Assembly (NCBI GenBank): GCA_017161655.1
Contig: JADFCV010000002.1
Location: 218,778 to 282,777, forward strand
Direction: 5' to 3'
Origin: Candidatus Sumerlaeota bacterium
GTDB taxonomy: Bacteria > Sumerlaeota > Sumerlaeia > Sumerlaeales > Sumerlaeaceae
Length of the DNA: 64,000 nt
Within the stretch, counting starts at the first letter, position 1. Each line of letters opens with the position of its first letter. The translations under genes were made by a program, and so were the position numbers. This document shows positions 40,434-50,121 of the stretch, in pieces. The notes under the pieces are model-generated. The model was given only the letters and a program-made list of their open reading frames with translations, searched no databases and was not told the origin of the DNA.

Positions 40434-42528
40434 AGAGGAACCGAAACACTCAAAGCAGGATTCTTCGATCGAGCATGAAAGCGACGTAAGAATCCGGCCG
40501 GGATACGTTCCTTATGTTTCGAAAACGCATCGTTTGGTTACCGAGCGCGAAATCTCTCCGTGGGGTGCTGCCAAAACGTTTCTCGCTTGGGCGTTTCTCG
40601 GATTCCTTTTGCTTATTGTGTCCTCGACTGTGCGAGATGGACGGTTCCCACGTTCGGAAAACATCCGTTTTGCCATTGGGCTGTCTGGCCTCGCATGGGG
40701 GCTCTGCTATCTCATCGTACGTCTTACTGAAAGAGCTGCGCGATGGGCTGTCGGCGGCATAAAAAGCCAAAGTCTGTCGCGCATATACGCAGCGATCGTT
40801 GCATCCGTACTTCTTGGCACCCTATCCGTGTATTCCCCCCTCCCACTTCTGATCCGCCATTATCTACTTTCTGAGAATATATCGCCTGGTTTTGAGACAA
40901 AAGACTTGCTTCGGGATTTCTCGCAAGCCGTGGCCTTAGGGATCTGGGCGTTATTTACTGTTTTTGTTTGGCTCTATCGGCCACTGGCAACGAAATCCTC
41001 TGCTACCCGGCACTCCAGGGTTCTTGTGCTCGTAGTAGCGGGTTCTTTGCTGCTGGTGATGATGATAGTCCGGGGTATGTATGAGAATCACCCACAACAG
41101 ACCATCGGAGGATTGTGGCTAAGCTACCTTGTTCTGAGCGATTTGCACCCACAATGGGATCGAGAAGTAGTCAAATTCGCTCCGCAACTTGCTCTTTTGT
41201 CTGCGTTTGCCATCCCTCTGTTTGTCGTGTTACTATTGCTGCTCAACGCAAGAACTTGGGGTCCCGACGTTTCGATAAGAAGTCCTTTAGGGCCTATTCG
41301 CCCGCGGGTAAGCATCTCAGCAGCTCTTAATGCTCTTATCCACGGCGCACTGGTCGTTGGTGCAATAGCCTGCTTCAGTGTGGGAGCAACCGCCACAAGT
41401 CCCTTGGAGACACCCAGGGCCATGTGGTTGTTATTTATTCTTTTTCTCGTTAGCTTCTTGGTCGGCCGCTTGTCCCTTGCAGCATTTATGCTGCCTCAAA
41501 GGGCCCGGTGGCAGCCATCTTTTTACGAACATCTCGCTTTGGCAGTCGAAAGTGGCTATCCTCTGTCGGACGCAATTCTTAGCTACCTCGAGTCTGACAT
41601 TCCCTCATCAGTCAAGATGGCTCTGTTTCAGATTCTCCACAGTATCGAGCTCGGCGTCTCTCTTCCTCAGGCTTTACTTGAGAATCCTGTAATGTTTCCA
41701 GCTCAAGATGCAGCCTTAATCGCGAGCGCAGAGGATCCAGCCACACTTGCTCAAACACTTCGCTATTTGGCGAACCAGGAGCGTCGCCGTAGCTACGAGA
41801 CTCTGAGCCTTTCCTATTTGCGACTCATTGCTCTCGAGGCAATTGCGGCGGTGATAATCTTCTTCTTCATCTCAATAGTCTCGCTGCCGAAAATCCTGGC
41901 TGTTTCGACTCAAGCCACAGTCATACCTATCCCGCAGTTTTCGCAGGCGGTCTTCGCTGCGTCGGACTGGGTTACGGAACACGTTCTTGAGATTCTGGCA
42001 CTGCTATTTCTTGCCTATCTACTCATTCGGGTAATTTACTCCCGCAGTCTTATCTTTCGGATCATCGTATGGCGCCTGTGTCCTATCCTGAAGCACTATC
42101 ATTGGGCAAAGCGCCTCGCGGGCTTCAGTCTTGGTCTGCGCCTCCAACTTCAGCGGGGGGCTCACATCGCGGAAGGAATTAAGAACGCTCAGGCTGTTGT
42201 GGGGGATTTGGTCTTTAGCCGGTTAGCCGATCGCCTTGCTGATCTGGTAAACTTGGGGAACCCTCTTTACGTTGCCGTGGGAAGCGTGCGTGCGTTCCCC
42301 GCTTCATTCGCCGCGTTTCTCGCACTGGGGGCTCGTAGTGAACGACTTCCTGAGGTACTCGAGCTGCTCGCCGAGGACTATCAGCGTCAAACGACACTGT
42401 TGCGTGAGCGGCTACTTGGGATTGCCAGCATCCTCGTCGCTCTCGCTGTGCTAATTCTAGCGGTCTGCTACGTAATGGCGGTTTACTTGGTCATGTTTAG
42501 GGTCGTCTTGGGAGTTCCTTATGAATAG
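40417..42528 (+). CDS. GspF/PilC platform protein with N-terminal multi-TM extension
   Basis: LALAVESGYPLSDAI..LGVSLPQAL..FP and LRLQLQRG..LGNPL..FP..LGARSERLPEVL T2SSF-like repeats after about 360 hydrophobic residues. Confidence 0.75.
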   Translation: MNGPAKEEPKHSKQDSSIEHESDVRIRPGYVPYVSKTHRLVTEREISPWGAAKTFLAWAFLGFLLLIVSSTVRDGRFPRSENIRFAIGLSGLAWGLCYLIVRLTERAARWAVGGIKSQSLSRIYAAIVASVLLGTLSVYSPLPLLIRHYLLSENISPGFETKDLLRDFSQAVALGIWALFTVFVWLYRPLATKSSATRHSRVLVLVVAGSLLLVMMIVRGMYENHPQQTIGGLWLSYLVLSDLHPQWDREVVKFAPQLALLSAFAIPLFVVLLLLLNARTWGPDVSIRSPLGPIRPRVSISAALNALIHGALVVGAIACFSVGATATSPLETPRAMWLLFILFLVSFLVGRLSLAAFMLPQRARWQPSFYEHLALAVESGYPLSDAILSYLESDIPSSVKMALFQILHSIELGVSLPQALLENPVMFPAQDAALIASAEDPATLAQTLRYLANQERRRSYETLSLSYLRLIALEAIAAVIIFFFISIVSLPKILAVSTQATVIPIPQFSQAVFAASDWVTEHVLEILALLFLAYLLIRVIYSRSLIFRIIVWRLCPILKHYHWAKRLAGFSLGLRLQLQRGAHIAEGIKNAQAVVGDLVFSRLADRLADLVNLGNPLYVAVGSVRAFPASFAAFLALGARSERLPEVLELLAEDYQRQTTLLRERLLGIASILVALAVLILAVCYVMAVYLVMFRVVLGVPYE

Positions 42529-42707
42529 CAAAATCACAAGAGGGCTGTTCGAATTGCCTTTCCGTGCCGAGAGAGGGCCAGTCCACGTTGCCCACCAAAC
42601 GGCCCCGCGGCATCCGACTCTGCACTTGCAACGACAAGAGCTTTCATGTGGGCCACGGTCTCCTAACGGGGTGACAAATCATCTTCACGTGAGAGGAGAG
42701 AGCGCGA

Positions 42708-43766
42708 ATGCATGCTTACGATGATCTGGAAATCATTTTAGCCGAATTGGCCCATCTCGATGCTGCGGGACTGAATGCGGAAGAAGGGATAGCGGCATTG
42801 CGCGAGCGGATTCGGAGCCGGCCGCTTCGCCAGGCGCTCGATGAACTTGAGGAAAACTGCCGATGCGGACTGACACTCGGCCAGGCTATGGCTCGGGTGG
42901 GAGGTATCTTTCATCCTGTCATACGCGGGCTTGTTGTGGCAGGGGAGAAAAGCGGGGATCTGGCCGGCGCCCTCGTGAAGTCAGCGTCTTTCCTCGCTAT
43001 GCGACGCAGTGTCCTGAGCGCACTTCGCACCGCAGGGCTTTATCCGTTTGCCGTTCTCACCGTTGGAGCCATTGTCTCAGTGCTTCTCGCCTTCTTTATT
43101 TTACCTCATCAGTGGGCACTCGTCGAGAAAATGCACCTTCAAATCTGGCGGACAGACCACACTCAGTCGCCGCATTCCGCATTCGTTGCCGCCAGCATTG
43201 CCATCCGTGCTTCTGCTCTGCTCATTTGTGCTCTCTGGCTAGCGGCCGTGGTTTTAGCTCTCCTCATGCTGAAGGCTCCCCATCAACCTCTTCTGCACCG
43301 CGTCATCGCGCGGCTGCCTGGTTTTGGCCCTGTTGTCAGGCGCTACTTCTTATTCCACTTCGCGTCCGTTCTCGAAATGCAGCTCAGCCGCGGCGTTCCG
43401 CTCACACAAGCGCTGGATGCCCTGGCGGACGATGCAAGTCTTCCACTGGTAGCTGAAGCAGCCCGTTGTGCTCGAAACTCTCTTGAGCTGGGCGCGCCGA
43501 TGTCAAACGGCCTTGTGCTGACGCCGATCGTTTTCCCCCCACAAGAGCTATGGTTCTTGCGTCACGCTGAACGCTACGAACATGTGCCCCGCTATTTTGC
43601 TGAGCTTGCAAACAAAACGGCCGCGGAAATCCGGACCATAGAAAGACTTATACTCAGATTCGAGCCGCTAGCAATCGGCCTACTCAGCATCGTTGTTGCC
43701 ATGTTTCTCGTTTCAGTCTTTCTCCCGATTTCGCGTTGGTATCAATTCATTTCCCTGGGGGAGTGA
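42708..43766 (+). CDS. GspF/PilC platform protein
   Basis: GLTLGQAM, AGEKSGDL, LYP, LSRGVPLTQAL, FEP..VFLPI. Confidence 0.85.
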   Translation: MHAYDDLEIILAELAHLDAAGLNAEEGIAALRERIRSRPLRQALDELEENCRCGLTLGQAMARVGGIFHPVIRGLVVAGEKSGDLAGALVKSASFLAMRRSVLSALRTAGLYPFAVLTVGAIVSVLLAFFILPHQWALVEKMHLQIWRTDHTQSPHSAFVAASIAIRASALLICALWLAAVVLALLMLKAPHQPLLHRVIARLPGFGPVVRRYFLFHFASVLEMQLSRGVPLTQALDALADDASLPLVAEAARCARNSLELGAPMSNGLVLTPIVFPPQELWFLRHAERYEHVPRYFAELANKTAAEIRTIERLILRFEPLAIGLLSIVVAMFLVSVFLPISRWYQFISLGE

Positions 43767-43770
43767 AACG

Positions 43771-44205
43771 ATGATGAAGAGAGTCATGATTTCAAAGGCT
43801 GGGGGAGTGCACCGGCAAGCCGCGATCACGCTCCTGGAGATGCTTGTCGTCATAGCAGTTCTCAACATAGCCTTTTTGGGTTATCTCTTACTCGCGGATC
43901 GAGCCATGAGTACGGCGGCCTGGGGACGCGACATGACACTTGCCCTGACCCTGGCCCAGAACGAACTTGAATGGTGGCAATCAGCGTCGGCTGAAGCTCG
44001 CGCGAACCTGGGGCCAGGTGACCACAATTTTGCCAACCCAACCGCGGAGAACATCCGTCAACCATTTACCGCAAGACTTCACGTCGAGCCCGTAGGAGAT
44101 AGCCTTCTCCTACTTCGCGCTGTTGTTCAACGCGAACACTGGCACCGCCCAGTTCAAATCGAGCTCGAAACACTCATTCCAAGAGAGGGAGGACAGCGGC
44201 AATGA
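43771..44205 (+). CDS. Prepilin-like protein (minor pilin, GspI/PilV-like)
   Basis: Class III signal ...RQAA|ITLLEMLVVIAVL with Glu+5; ALTLAQNELE. Confidence 0.78.
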   Translation: MMKRVMISKAGGVHRQAAITLLEMLVVIAVLNIAFLGYLLLADRAMSTAAWGRDMTLALTLAQNELEWWQSASAEARANLGPGDHNFANPTAENIRQPFTARLHVEPVGDSLLLLRAVVQREHWHRPVQIELETLIPREGGQRQ

Positions 44206-44786
44206 CAAGATCAGCACCATCGCTTCGTGCGTCGCAGCGTTCCCTTCGCAACGCATTCACACTTATCGAACAACTCATTGTCATCGCGATTGTCTCAATG
44301 CTGAGCGCGTCACTGCTCGTGGCTTTCCTGTTTTGTCTCAGGCTGGAGAAAGCAATATCCGCCCAGCAAACTCTCTCTGACACTTTTGCTGAGCTCGATC
44401 GCACTTGGCGCCACGATATTCACGGAGCTAATCGCGTGTCGTTGGTCTCGTCCAGAGCTAGCGATACACTCACGACTGTCGTTTTGATAGAGTATGATCA
44501 ACGCGACTCGCGGTTTCCATGCCGTTATGAAATTTCCCCAGACAGGCGCGGGCGGTTTACGCTTGTTCGTGCGATTGCGGGCGATCGCAAGACAACCACC
44601 ACCCAGACCCTGGCGCGCGAGCTTATGGGAGCAACGGTTTCGCTAGATGAGGAAAAGTCCCTCTACGAGCTGCGCATCACTGCCACAGCTGGATTTGACG
44701 TTTTTCATGCTCGCCAGGACCTCCGCATCATCGCGAGCGGCAAAGCGCAACCAATAAAAACCATTTTCGGGGAGGTGCCCCAATGA
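44202..44786 (+). CDS. Prepilin-like protein (minor pilin, GspJ/PilW-like)
   Basis: RNA|FTLIEQLIVIAIV; DI..A pattern; ATGA overlap. Confidence 0.8.
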   Translation: MTRSAPSLRASQRSLRNAFTLIEQLIVIAIVSMLSASLLVAFLFCLRLEKAISAQQTLSDTFAELDRTWRHDIHGANRVSLVSSRASDTLTTVVLIEYDQRDSRFPCRYEISPDRRGRFTLVRAIAGDRKTTTTQTLARELMGATVSLDEEKSLYELRITATAGFDVFHARQDLRIIASGKAQPIKTIFGEVPQ

Positions 44787-45163
44787 GACTCCTCCGTTCT
44801 GCAACGCCTGTTGGTCGCCATCCCAGCCGTGGCTCAACGATGCTCTATGTCGGCGGAATCGTCGCTGTTGCCATGATTCTTCTGTTCGGGCTTACCGAGC
44901 AAAGCATCGCACACACACATCACGTCGGCAGCCTTGTTAACCGGGCACGCGCCGAGTGGCTCCTCCGAGGAGGGTATGTCATCTTATCAGCCCCCGAGAC
45001 CCGTCTGCCGAGCAAGGAAAAGCTACATCTTCCAGTTCGGACAGGGAATTTACAGTGTACAGTCGAACACACATCGGCGGGACTCGCACTTCTGGCAACA
45101 GCGAGCGTGCCCAGGGACAATCCGCGTCTCAGCGTAATCGCGAAGTGGTTACGTCAAGACTGA
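44783..45163 (+). CDS. Short GspK/PilX-like pilin
   Basis: SRG|STMLYVGGIVAVAMILL without Glu+5; RARAEWLLRGG; ATGA overlap. Confidence 0.62.
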   Translation: MRLLRSATPVGRHPSRGSTMLYVGGIVAVAMILLFGLTEQSIAHTHHVGSLVNRARAEWLLRGGYVILSAPETRLPSKEKLHLPVRTGNLQCTVEHTSAGLALLATASVPRDNPRLSVIAKWLRQD

Positions 45164-45215
45164 GCCCACCGCAGCGAACAATTGTTCCTCTGCACTCGGT
45201 TCTGTCGTCTACCCT

Positions 45216-46289
45216 CTAGTCCAGCCATTCTTGCAAGTGAGCGGATACGAAAGCGTCGTCGGGCAGCCATGGATACTGAGCGCATACCCGCGTGATTTCC
45301 TCTGCCTGCCCCGGTGAGAGATCGAGCGTTGGGTCCAGGCATAATCGGGTCCGCAATAAACCTTGTCGCCGAAGGACTTCATTGATCCCCGGGATGCAGC
45401 CCCGAAATCCATGCGCTGCATCAAAAATAGCTGCATTCGCGTCCGTTAATTGGGCTCCGCGCTCTAACAGGGATTTCGGAACATCCGAGTGGTGCGATCG
45501 GATGTCGCGAATTTCGTGCAGCAGCCGCACTGCCGTGCGTGTCCACACGCTAAACTGTCCCAGTAAGCCGCCGCGCATGTATATCGGTGGTCCTTCATGG
45601 CGTTTCGCCACAGCAAAGGGAGTCGTGAGATCCGCCACAATGTTGTCATCGTTACCGGTGTAAAGGGCAATGTCGTTCTCACGGCCCGCATCACAGACAG
45701 CACGCACCACATCGAGTGTTCGATAGCGATCAAACGGCGCCACCTTAATGGCGACGACGTTCTCGATCTGGACAAATTCCTTCCAGAACTCGTAGGGCAG
45801 AATCCGTCCCCCGACCGCTGGTTGAAGATAAAACCCGACAAGTGGTGCGACCTCAGCCACTGCTCGGCAGTGCTCAAGCAGTTGTCGTAAAGTGGCCCTG
45901 CGTAAACTTGCGAGACTCAAAAGAACGGCATCATAGCCCAGTGTCATAGCGAGCGACGCTTCTCGTCGTGCCTGTCTGGTATGGCCGCAGACACCTGCAA
46001 TTCTCACCAAGCGTTTATGAACCACACGTTCCGCTTCCTCAGCAGCTTCCGCACATAACCGAAGGACCGGCTCAAACAAGCCAATGCCCGGCTCTCGGAT
46101 TTCAAATTGCGTCGTATGCACGGCCACGGCTATGCCCCCCGCACCAGCTGCGGCGTAATAGCGAATGAGTGCACGCTGATAGCGTGTGTCGAAACGCCGT
46201 TCTTCATCCAGCGCCAACGGAACAGCAGGAATGACAATTCCTTTGAGCAACTCTTCGTGTACTGCCCGATCGAACTGTGATGCTGCCAC
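45216..46289 (-). CDS. DHDPS/NAL-superfamily aldolase/dehydratase
   Basis: IPAVPLAL, GIAVAVHTTQF, GFYLQ, AIKVAPF (Schiff-base Lys), LYTGNDD. Confidence 0.85.
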   Translation of the reverse strand: MAASQFDRAVHEELLKGIVIPAVPLALDEERRFDTRYQRALIRYYAAAGAGGIAVAVHTTQFEIREPGIGLFEPVLRLCAEAAEEAERVVHKRLVRIAGVCGHTRQARREASLAMTLGYDAVLLSLASLRRATLRQLLEHCRAVAEVAPLVGFYLQPAVGGRILPYEFWKEFVQIENVVAIKVAPFDRYRTLDVVRAVCDAGRENDIALYTGNDDNIVADLTTPFAVAKRHEGPPIYMRGGLLGQFSVWTRTAVRLLHEIRDIRSHHSDVPKSLLERGAQLTDANAAIFDAAHGFRGCIPGINEVLRRQGLLRTRLCLDPTLDLSPGQAEEITRVCAQYPWLPDDAFVSAHLQEWLD

Positions 46290-46302
46290 TGTCCTTCTCC
46301 CT

Positions 46303-47352
46303 TTAGTCCAGAAACTGTCCGTCTGTGACTTGAAAGTGTGTGGTGGTATTTAGCCGCGGCATACCACTTTTGACCCAGTGCGCTGTCCAACGAACCATAG
46401 TTTCCACGTCTACTTGTGCCGGGCCAAAGAGTTGGTTCGCGCGCCGTGCATCCGTGAGATAAGCAACTTCTCCTTCGTCCTCGTTAAGAAGCAGATCCTT
46501 TTGCATGGCTGCAGCGAGTTTCTCCGCAAGTTCACGCACGGAGAGCTTTTCCACCCCGCTCACGTTCAGCACTTCTGCCGGAGTGGCTGCCAGCTCGAGA
46601 CTCCGAAGTGCCCAATTGTTCATGTCGCCCTGCCAGATGATGTTCACAGCAGGAACCTTGAGGGATATACTGCGTCCGGCAGCAATGTCGGCGGCCAAAT
46701 CGGTGAGAACGCCGTAGCGTAACGCCTGTGCATAATTGAGTCGAAAAAAGAGTGTTGGCACTCGCCACTGCTCGCACACAAACTCAAAGATGCGTTCACG
46801 TCCCAAGCACGACCAGGCGTATTCGCCAACTGGCCCAACAGGGTCTTTGTCGCTGCAACCGCAGGATTTCACATCGACCAAAGGATAGACACATCCAGTC
46901 GAAAATACGACGACCCTCTTCGCTTCTTTTAGCAGTGGCACCAAAACGAGAGGCACGGCAGTGTTTGTTGCCCAAGTCCGCGCTTCTGTTCCCCGTGCGC
47001 CAAATTTTCTTCCCGTTAAAAAGATTATGTTGGAAACCCGCGGGAGTGATGCCACCTGATTGACGTCTAACAAATCGCAGGCAACCGTTTTTACCCCAAC
47101 CGATTCTAAATCGCGCCGTACTCTGCTATCCGAAAAACGCGACACTCCGTACACTTTAGCATTTTTACCAGCTGCAGCAAATGCGCGCACGGCCATTCGC
47201 GCCAATGAAGGGCCAATTTTCCCCCCTGCGCCAAGGATCATGAGATCCCCCTCGCACTTGCTCAAAGCCTGAATGGTCTGTTCCTGAGGTCGCGACAGCA
47301 ACTCGTCCAGTTGAGTTTCGGATTCCACAAGGTCAGGCAAATTCTCAGTCAT
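46303..47352 (-). CDS. NAD-dependent epimerase/dehydratase family protein
   Basis: ILGAGGKIG Rossmann motif, FSTGCVY, EYAWSCLGRE, RLNYA; start ATG 47352. Confidence 0.85.
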   Translation of the reverse strand: MTENLPDLVESETQLDELLSRPQEQTIQALSKCEGDLMILGAGGKIGPSLARMAVRAFAAAGKNAKVYGVSRFSDSRVRRDLESVGVKTVACDLLDVNQVASLPRVSNIIFLTGRKFGARGTEARTWATNTAVPLVLVPLLKEAKRVVVFSTGCVYPLVDVKSCGCSDKDPVGPVGEYAWSCLGRERIFEFVCEQWRVPTLFFRLNYAQALRYGVLTDLAADIAAGRSISLKVPAVNIIWQGDMNNWALRSLELAATPAEVLNVSGVEKLSVRELAEKLAAAMQKDLLLNEDEGEVAYLTDARRANQLFGPAQVDVETMVRWTAHWVKSGMPRLNTTTHFQVTDGQFLD

Positions 47353-47440
47353 TGTGTCAGACTCCAGCGAACTTTGCTTGCACCAGCCAAGCGCTAGCAA
47401 TCAACTGAGACTCGTGGCAAAACCAAAAAGGAATTTCAAA

Positions 47441-48580
47441 ATGGTGCCAGGCTCTGAATTCTCTATCGATATTCGTAGCGAATTTCCCATCAAAGAGCAG
47501 TATGTCTTTCTGAACCATGCCGGCGTGGCGCCCATACCCGCCTCCACGCAGACCGCTATTACTGAGTTTGCACGCGACGCCGCGGAGGAAGGGCCGGCTA
47601 ACTACCCAGCGTGGCTTCATGGTATGGCCCGGGCACGCGAAGCTGCAGGGGAGCTTCTTCGGTGTCGGCCGGATGACGTTTGTTTTGTGCACAACACGAC
47701 CCACGGCGTTCTGATCATAGCGAATTCTATCCGGTGGCGAGAAGGTGACAACGTGGTCGGGTTCGAGCATGAGTTTCCCGCCAATATTCACCCCTGGCGA
47801 AACTTGCGCGAGAGGGGAGTGGAGTTGCGTCTCGTACCGGAAAAAGCGGATTTCCGCTACTCGCTCGACGACCTTCTCGCCGCCATCGACGCTCGCACAC
47901 GGCTTGTCGCGGTGTCGTGGGTCGAATATGGAACTGGCACGCGAAACGATCTGGCGGCGATTGCGGAAATCTGCCGAAAACGCGGAGTGCGACTATTCGT
48001 CGATGCCATTCAGGGGCTCGGGGTTCTACCCATGGATGTGCAAGCTTATGGTATCGATTTCCTGGCTGCTGATGGTCACAAGTGGCTGCTAGCGCCCGAA
48101 GGGTGTGGAATTCTTTACGTCCGTCCCGAGTGCATTGACGATCTAAACCTCAGCATGTGCGGCTGGTGTGGTCTTCGAAATCCCCAGGATTATGATAACT
48201 ACGAACAGGAATATAAACCGACGGCCAAGCGTTTTGAAGAAGGCTCTCACAATCTCATGACAATTCATGCGCTGGGGTGCTCCATGCGTCTGCTGCTGGA
48301 TGCCGGTATCGAGAAGATCGCAGAGCGCGTTTTGGAGCTGACAGATTGGCTCATGGAGAATCTTTTAGCAAAGGGCTATGATATTGTGACTCCTCGTTCT
48401 TGGAGAGACCGGGCCGGAATTGTAAGCGCGCGCAAGAGTGGGGTCGATCCTGTCGAGCTTGCTAAGTCACTGCAAGAAAAGAAAATCCTCGTCGCGGCAC
48501 GTCGCGGATTCCTCCGCATATCCCCACATTTTTACAACGATTTTGAAGAACTCCAACGCTTATTGAACCTTTTGCCTTAA
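47441..48580 (+). CDS. Class V PLP aminotransferase (cysteine desulfurase/isopenicillin epimerase-like)
   Basis: FLNHAG, NTTHG, EFPAN, VDAIQ, DGHKWL (PLP Lys), RISPHFYN. Confidence 0.87.
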   Translation: MVPGSEFSIDIRSEFPIKEQYVFLNHAGVAPIPASTQTAITEFARDAAEEGPANYPAWLHGMARAREAAGELLRCRPDDVCFVHNTTHGVLIIANSIRWREGDNVVGFEHEFPANIHPWRNLRERGVELRLVPEKADFRYSLDDLLAAIDARTRLVAVSWVEYGTGTRNDLAAIAEICRKRGVRLFVDAIQGLGVLPMDVQAYGIDFLAADGHKWLLAPEGCGILYVRPECIDDLNLSMCGWCGLRNPQDYDNYEQEYKPTAKRFEEGSHNLMTIHALGCSMRLLLDAGIEKIAERVLELTDWLMENLLAKGYDIVTPRSWRDRAGIVSARKSGVDPVELAKSLQEKKILVAARRGFLRISPHFYNDFEELQRLLNLLP

Positions 48581-48900
48581 GCGGCCAAACTAGAAGTTTT
48601 TTCTTCAAAAATATGAGCACAGCTCAGTTCATGAGCTGGGAGCAGCAGCGCGAGCAACAAAGCCTCAATGAAACGGAAAAGCACTGATTTGTTTTAAGGG
48701 GGCACGCGACAGAGACGTCACCGAGAAATTCCAGTTTGCTAGGTAGGGGGATGCGTCGAAAAGGCAAACTCTTTTCCCTGAATCGAAAAGAAAAATGTGA
48801 CGACTGAAAGGCATCCTTCGGTCGTCCCATTCTCGAAATTTTCTTAGGAAAAGTTCGCTAAGTGTTGGCCCTCCGGCGCTTCAGCATAGTTGCTCAGCGA

Positions 48901-49767
48901 TCAATTCTTTTCCCCGATAACTTCCAGATACTTTTCACGCAATTCCTGACGAGCGTTGAACAGGCGGCTCATGACTGTGCCGATGGGAATATCGAGCGCG
49001 TCCGCAATCTCCTTGTAAGAGAGATTGTGGAAATGCTTCATGATGATGATTTCGCGAAAGTCCGGTTTTAGTCGGTTAATGGCTTCCCACAGTTGCTCAC
49101 GTTCTTGGTTCTGCTCAAACTGTTCACGAGGATTTGGCCGATTCTCTCGGAACTGCATGTATTGCTCTTCTTCGAGCTCATCGATCGAATCGTTACGTAC
49201 ACGTGCACTCTTTTTGATGTAATTCAGGCAGTGGTTCTTAATAATTTTGTAGAACCACGGGAAAAAGGGCGAGTTCAGGTCAAAAGTCTTGATCGCTTTG
49301 AAGGCTTTGACAAACGCGTCCTGCGACAGATCAAGTGCATCTTCGTGGTTGTTCACAAAGCTCACGGCTGTATAGTAGGCTTTGCGCTTGTACGCGTTGA
49401 CAAGCTCCTCAAATGCCTCGCGGTCACCCTCTTGCACGCGACGGATAATTTCCCGTTCCTGGTCGGGTGTGAGAAACTGTTCTGGTCCGAGCAATTCATC
49501 AAGGTCCCCGCGCACCTCAACCTCGGGAATCTGCTCGGGAACAGTCACGACCTCCATCGTGCCTTCCGGAAGCTCGAGAGGCAGCTCGTGACCCGCCGCT
49601 TCGGCCACGCTTTCTGCCCGCTCGTGCCTCTCTTCCTTCGGCCGTTTTGATGTTCTCGTCCTATTCACCGGCTTCTTCTTCGTCGTCCTCAGAGTATTTT
49701 CCTTGCGATTTTTAACCAATAGAGTCTCAGCCATTTCGCTAACATTTCTAATCGTTATTTCAGCCAT
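48901..49767 (-). CDS. ECF (sigma-70 family) sigma factor with long N-terminal extension
   Basis: GDREAFEELV, DLSQDAFVKAF, F.PWFYKI..N, region 4 LSYKEIADALDIPIGTVMSRL..AR. Confidence 0.92.
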   Translation of the reverse strand: MAEITIRNVSEMAETLLVKNRKENTLRTTKKKPVNRTRTSKRPKEERHERAESVAEAAGHELPLELPEGTMEVVTVPEQIPEVEVRGDLDELLGPEQFLTPDQEREIIRRVQEGDREAFEELVNAYKRKAYYTAVSFVNNHEDALDLSQDAFVKAFKAIKTFDLNSPFFPWFYKIIKNHCLNYIKKSARVRNDSIDELEEEQYMQFRENRPNPREQFEQNQEREQLWEAINRLKPDFREIIIMKHFHNLSYKEIADALDIPIGTVMSRLFNARQELREKYLEVIGEKN

Positions 49768-50121
49768 CCCCTGTACCCTCCTTCAACCTTATTTTGTCAG
49801 TTGAGAGGAGAGCACAAAACATGCCACCCCTACGCTCGCAGCGACATCCTCTCTCGCTCTTTTTCCCGCACCATGTTGAAACGATTCTGTGGTGGCTTGA
49901 TGACTCCCCTCGTTTATTAGCATTTCATCACTTACGAGTTGAGTGTAAGCGATTTGTTCTTCGCCATGGCCGAGTGCAGCCGTCCCCGATTTCCCCCCAA
50001 ATGTCTCCGCTTTTCCAGAAAGTGTTCAAAAACGGCTCACTGGGCGTTACATATTGAGCAAGCTGCGCCTAGGAAACAATGATTCGAGAGACAGAAATAG
50101 AATTAGTGCTCCGTCGCTGAG

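Noticed and set aside
42521-42724. 67-aa ORF bridging the two pilC-like genes (possible frameshift or missing pilin)
   Set aside because: No hydrophobic or prepilin motif; the downstream gene has its own SD and starts at its domain boundary.
48761-48810. GGCAAAC...GAAA...GACG resemblance to a c-di-GMP-I riboswitch
   Set aside because: Lacks the GNRA-capped P2 and the GCAAAG/P3 elements, and no gene lies downstream on that strand.
48624-48830. Cys-rich ORF downstream of the ECF sigma as a candidate anti-sigma
   Set aside because: No HxxxCxxC motif, no TM segment, no SD.
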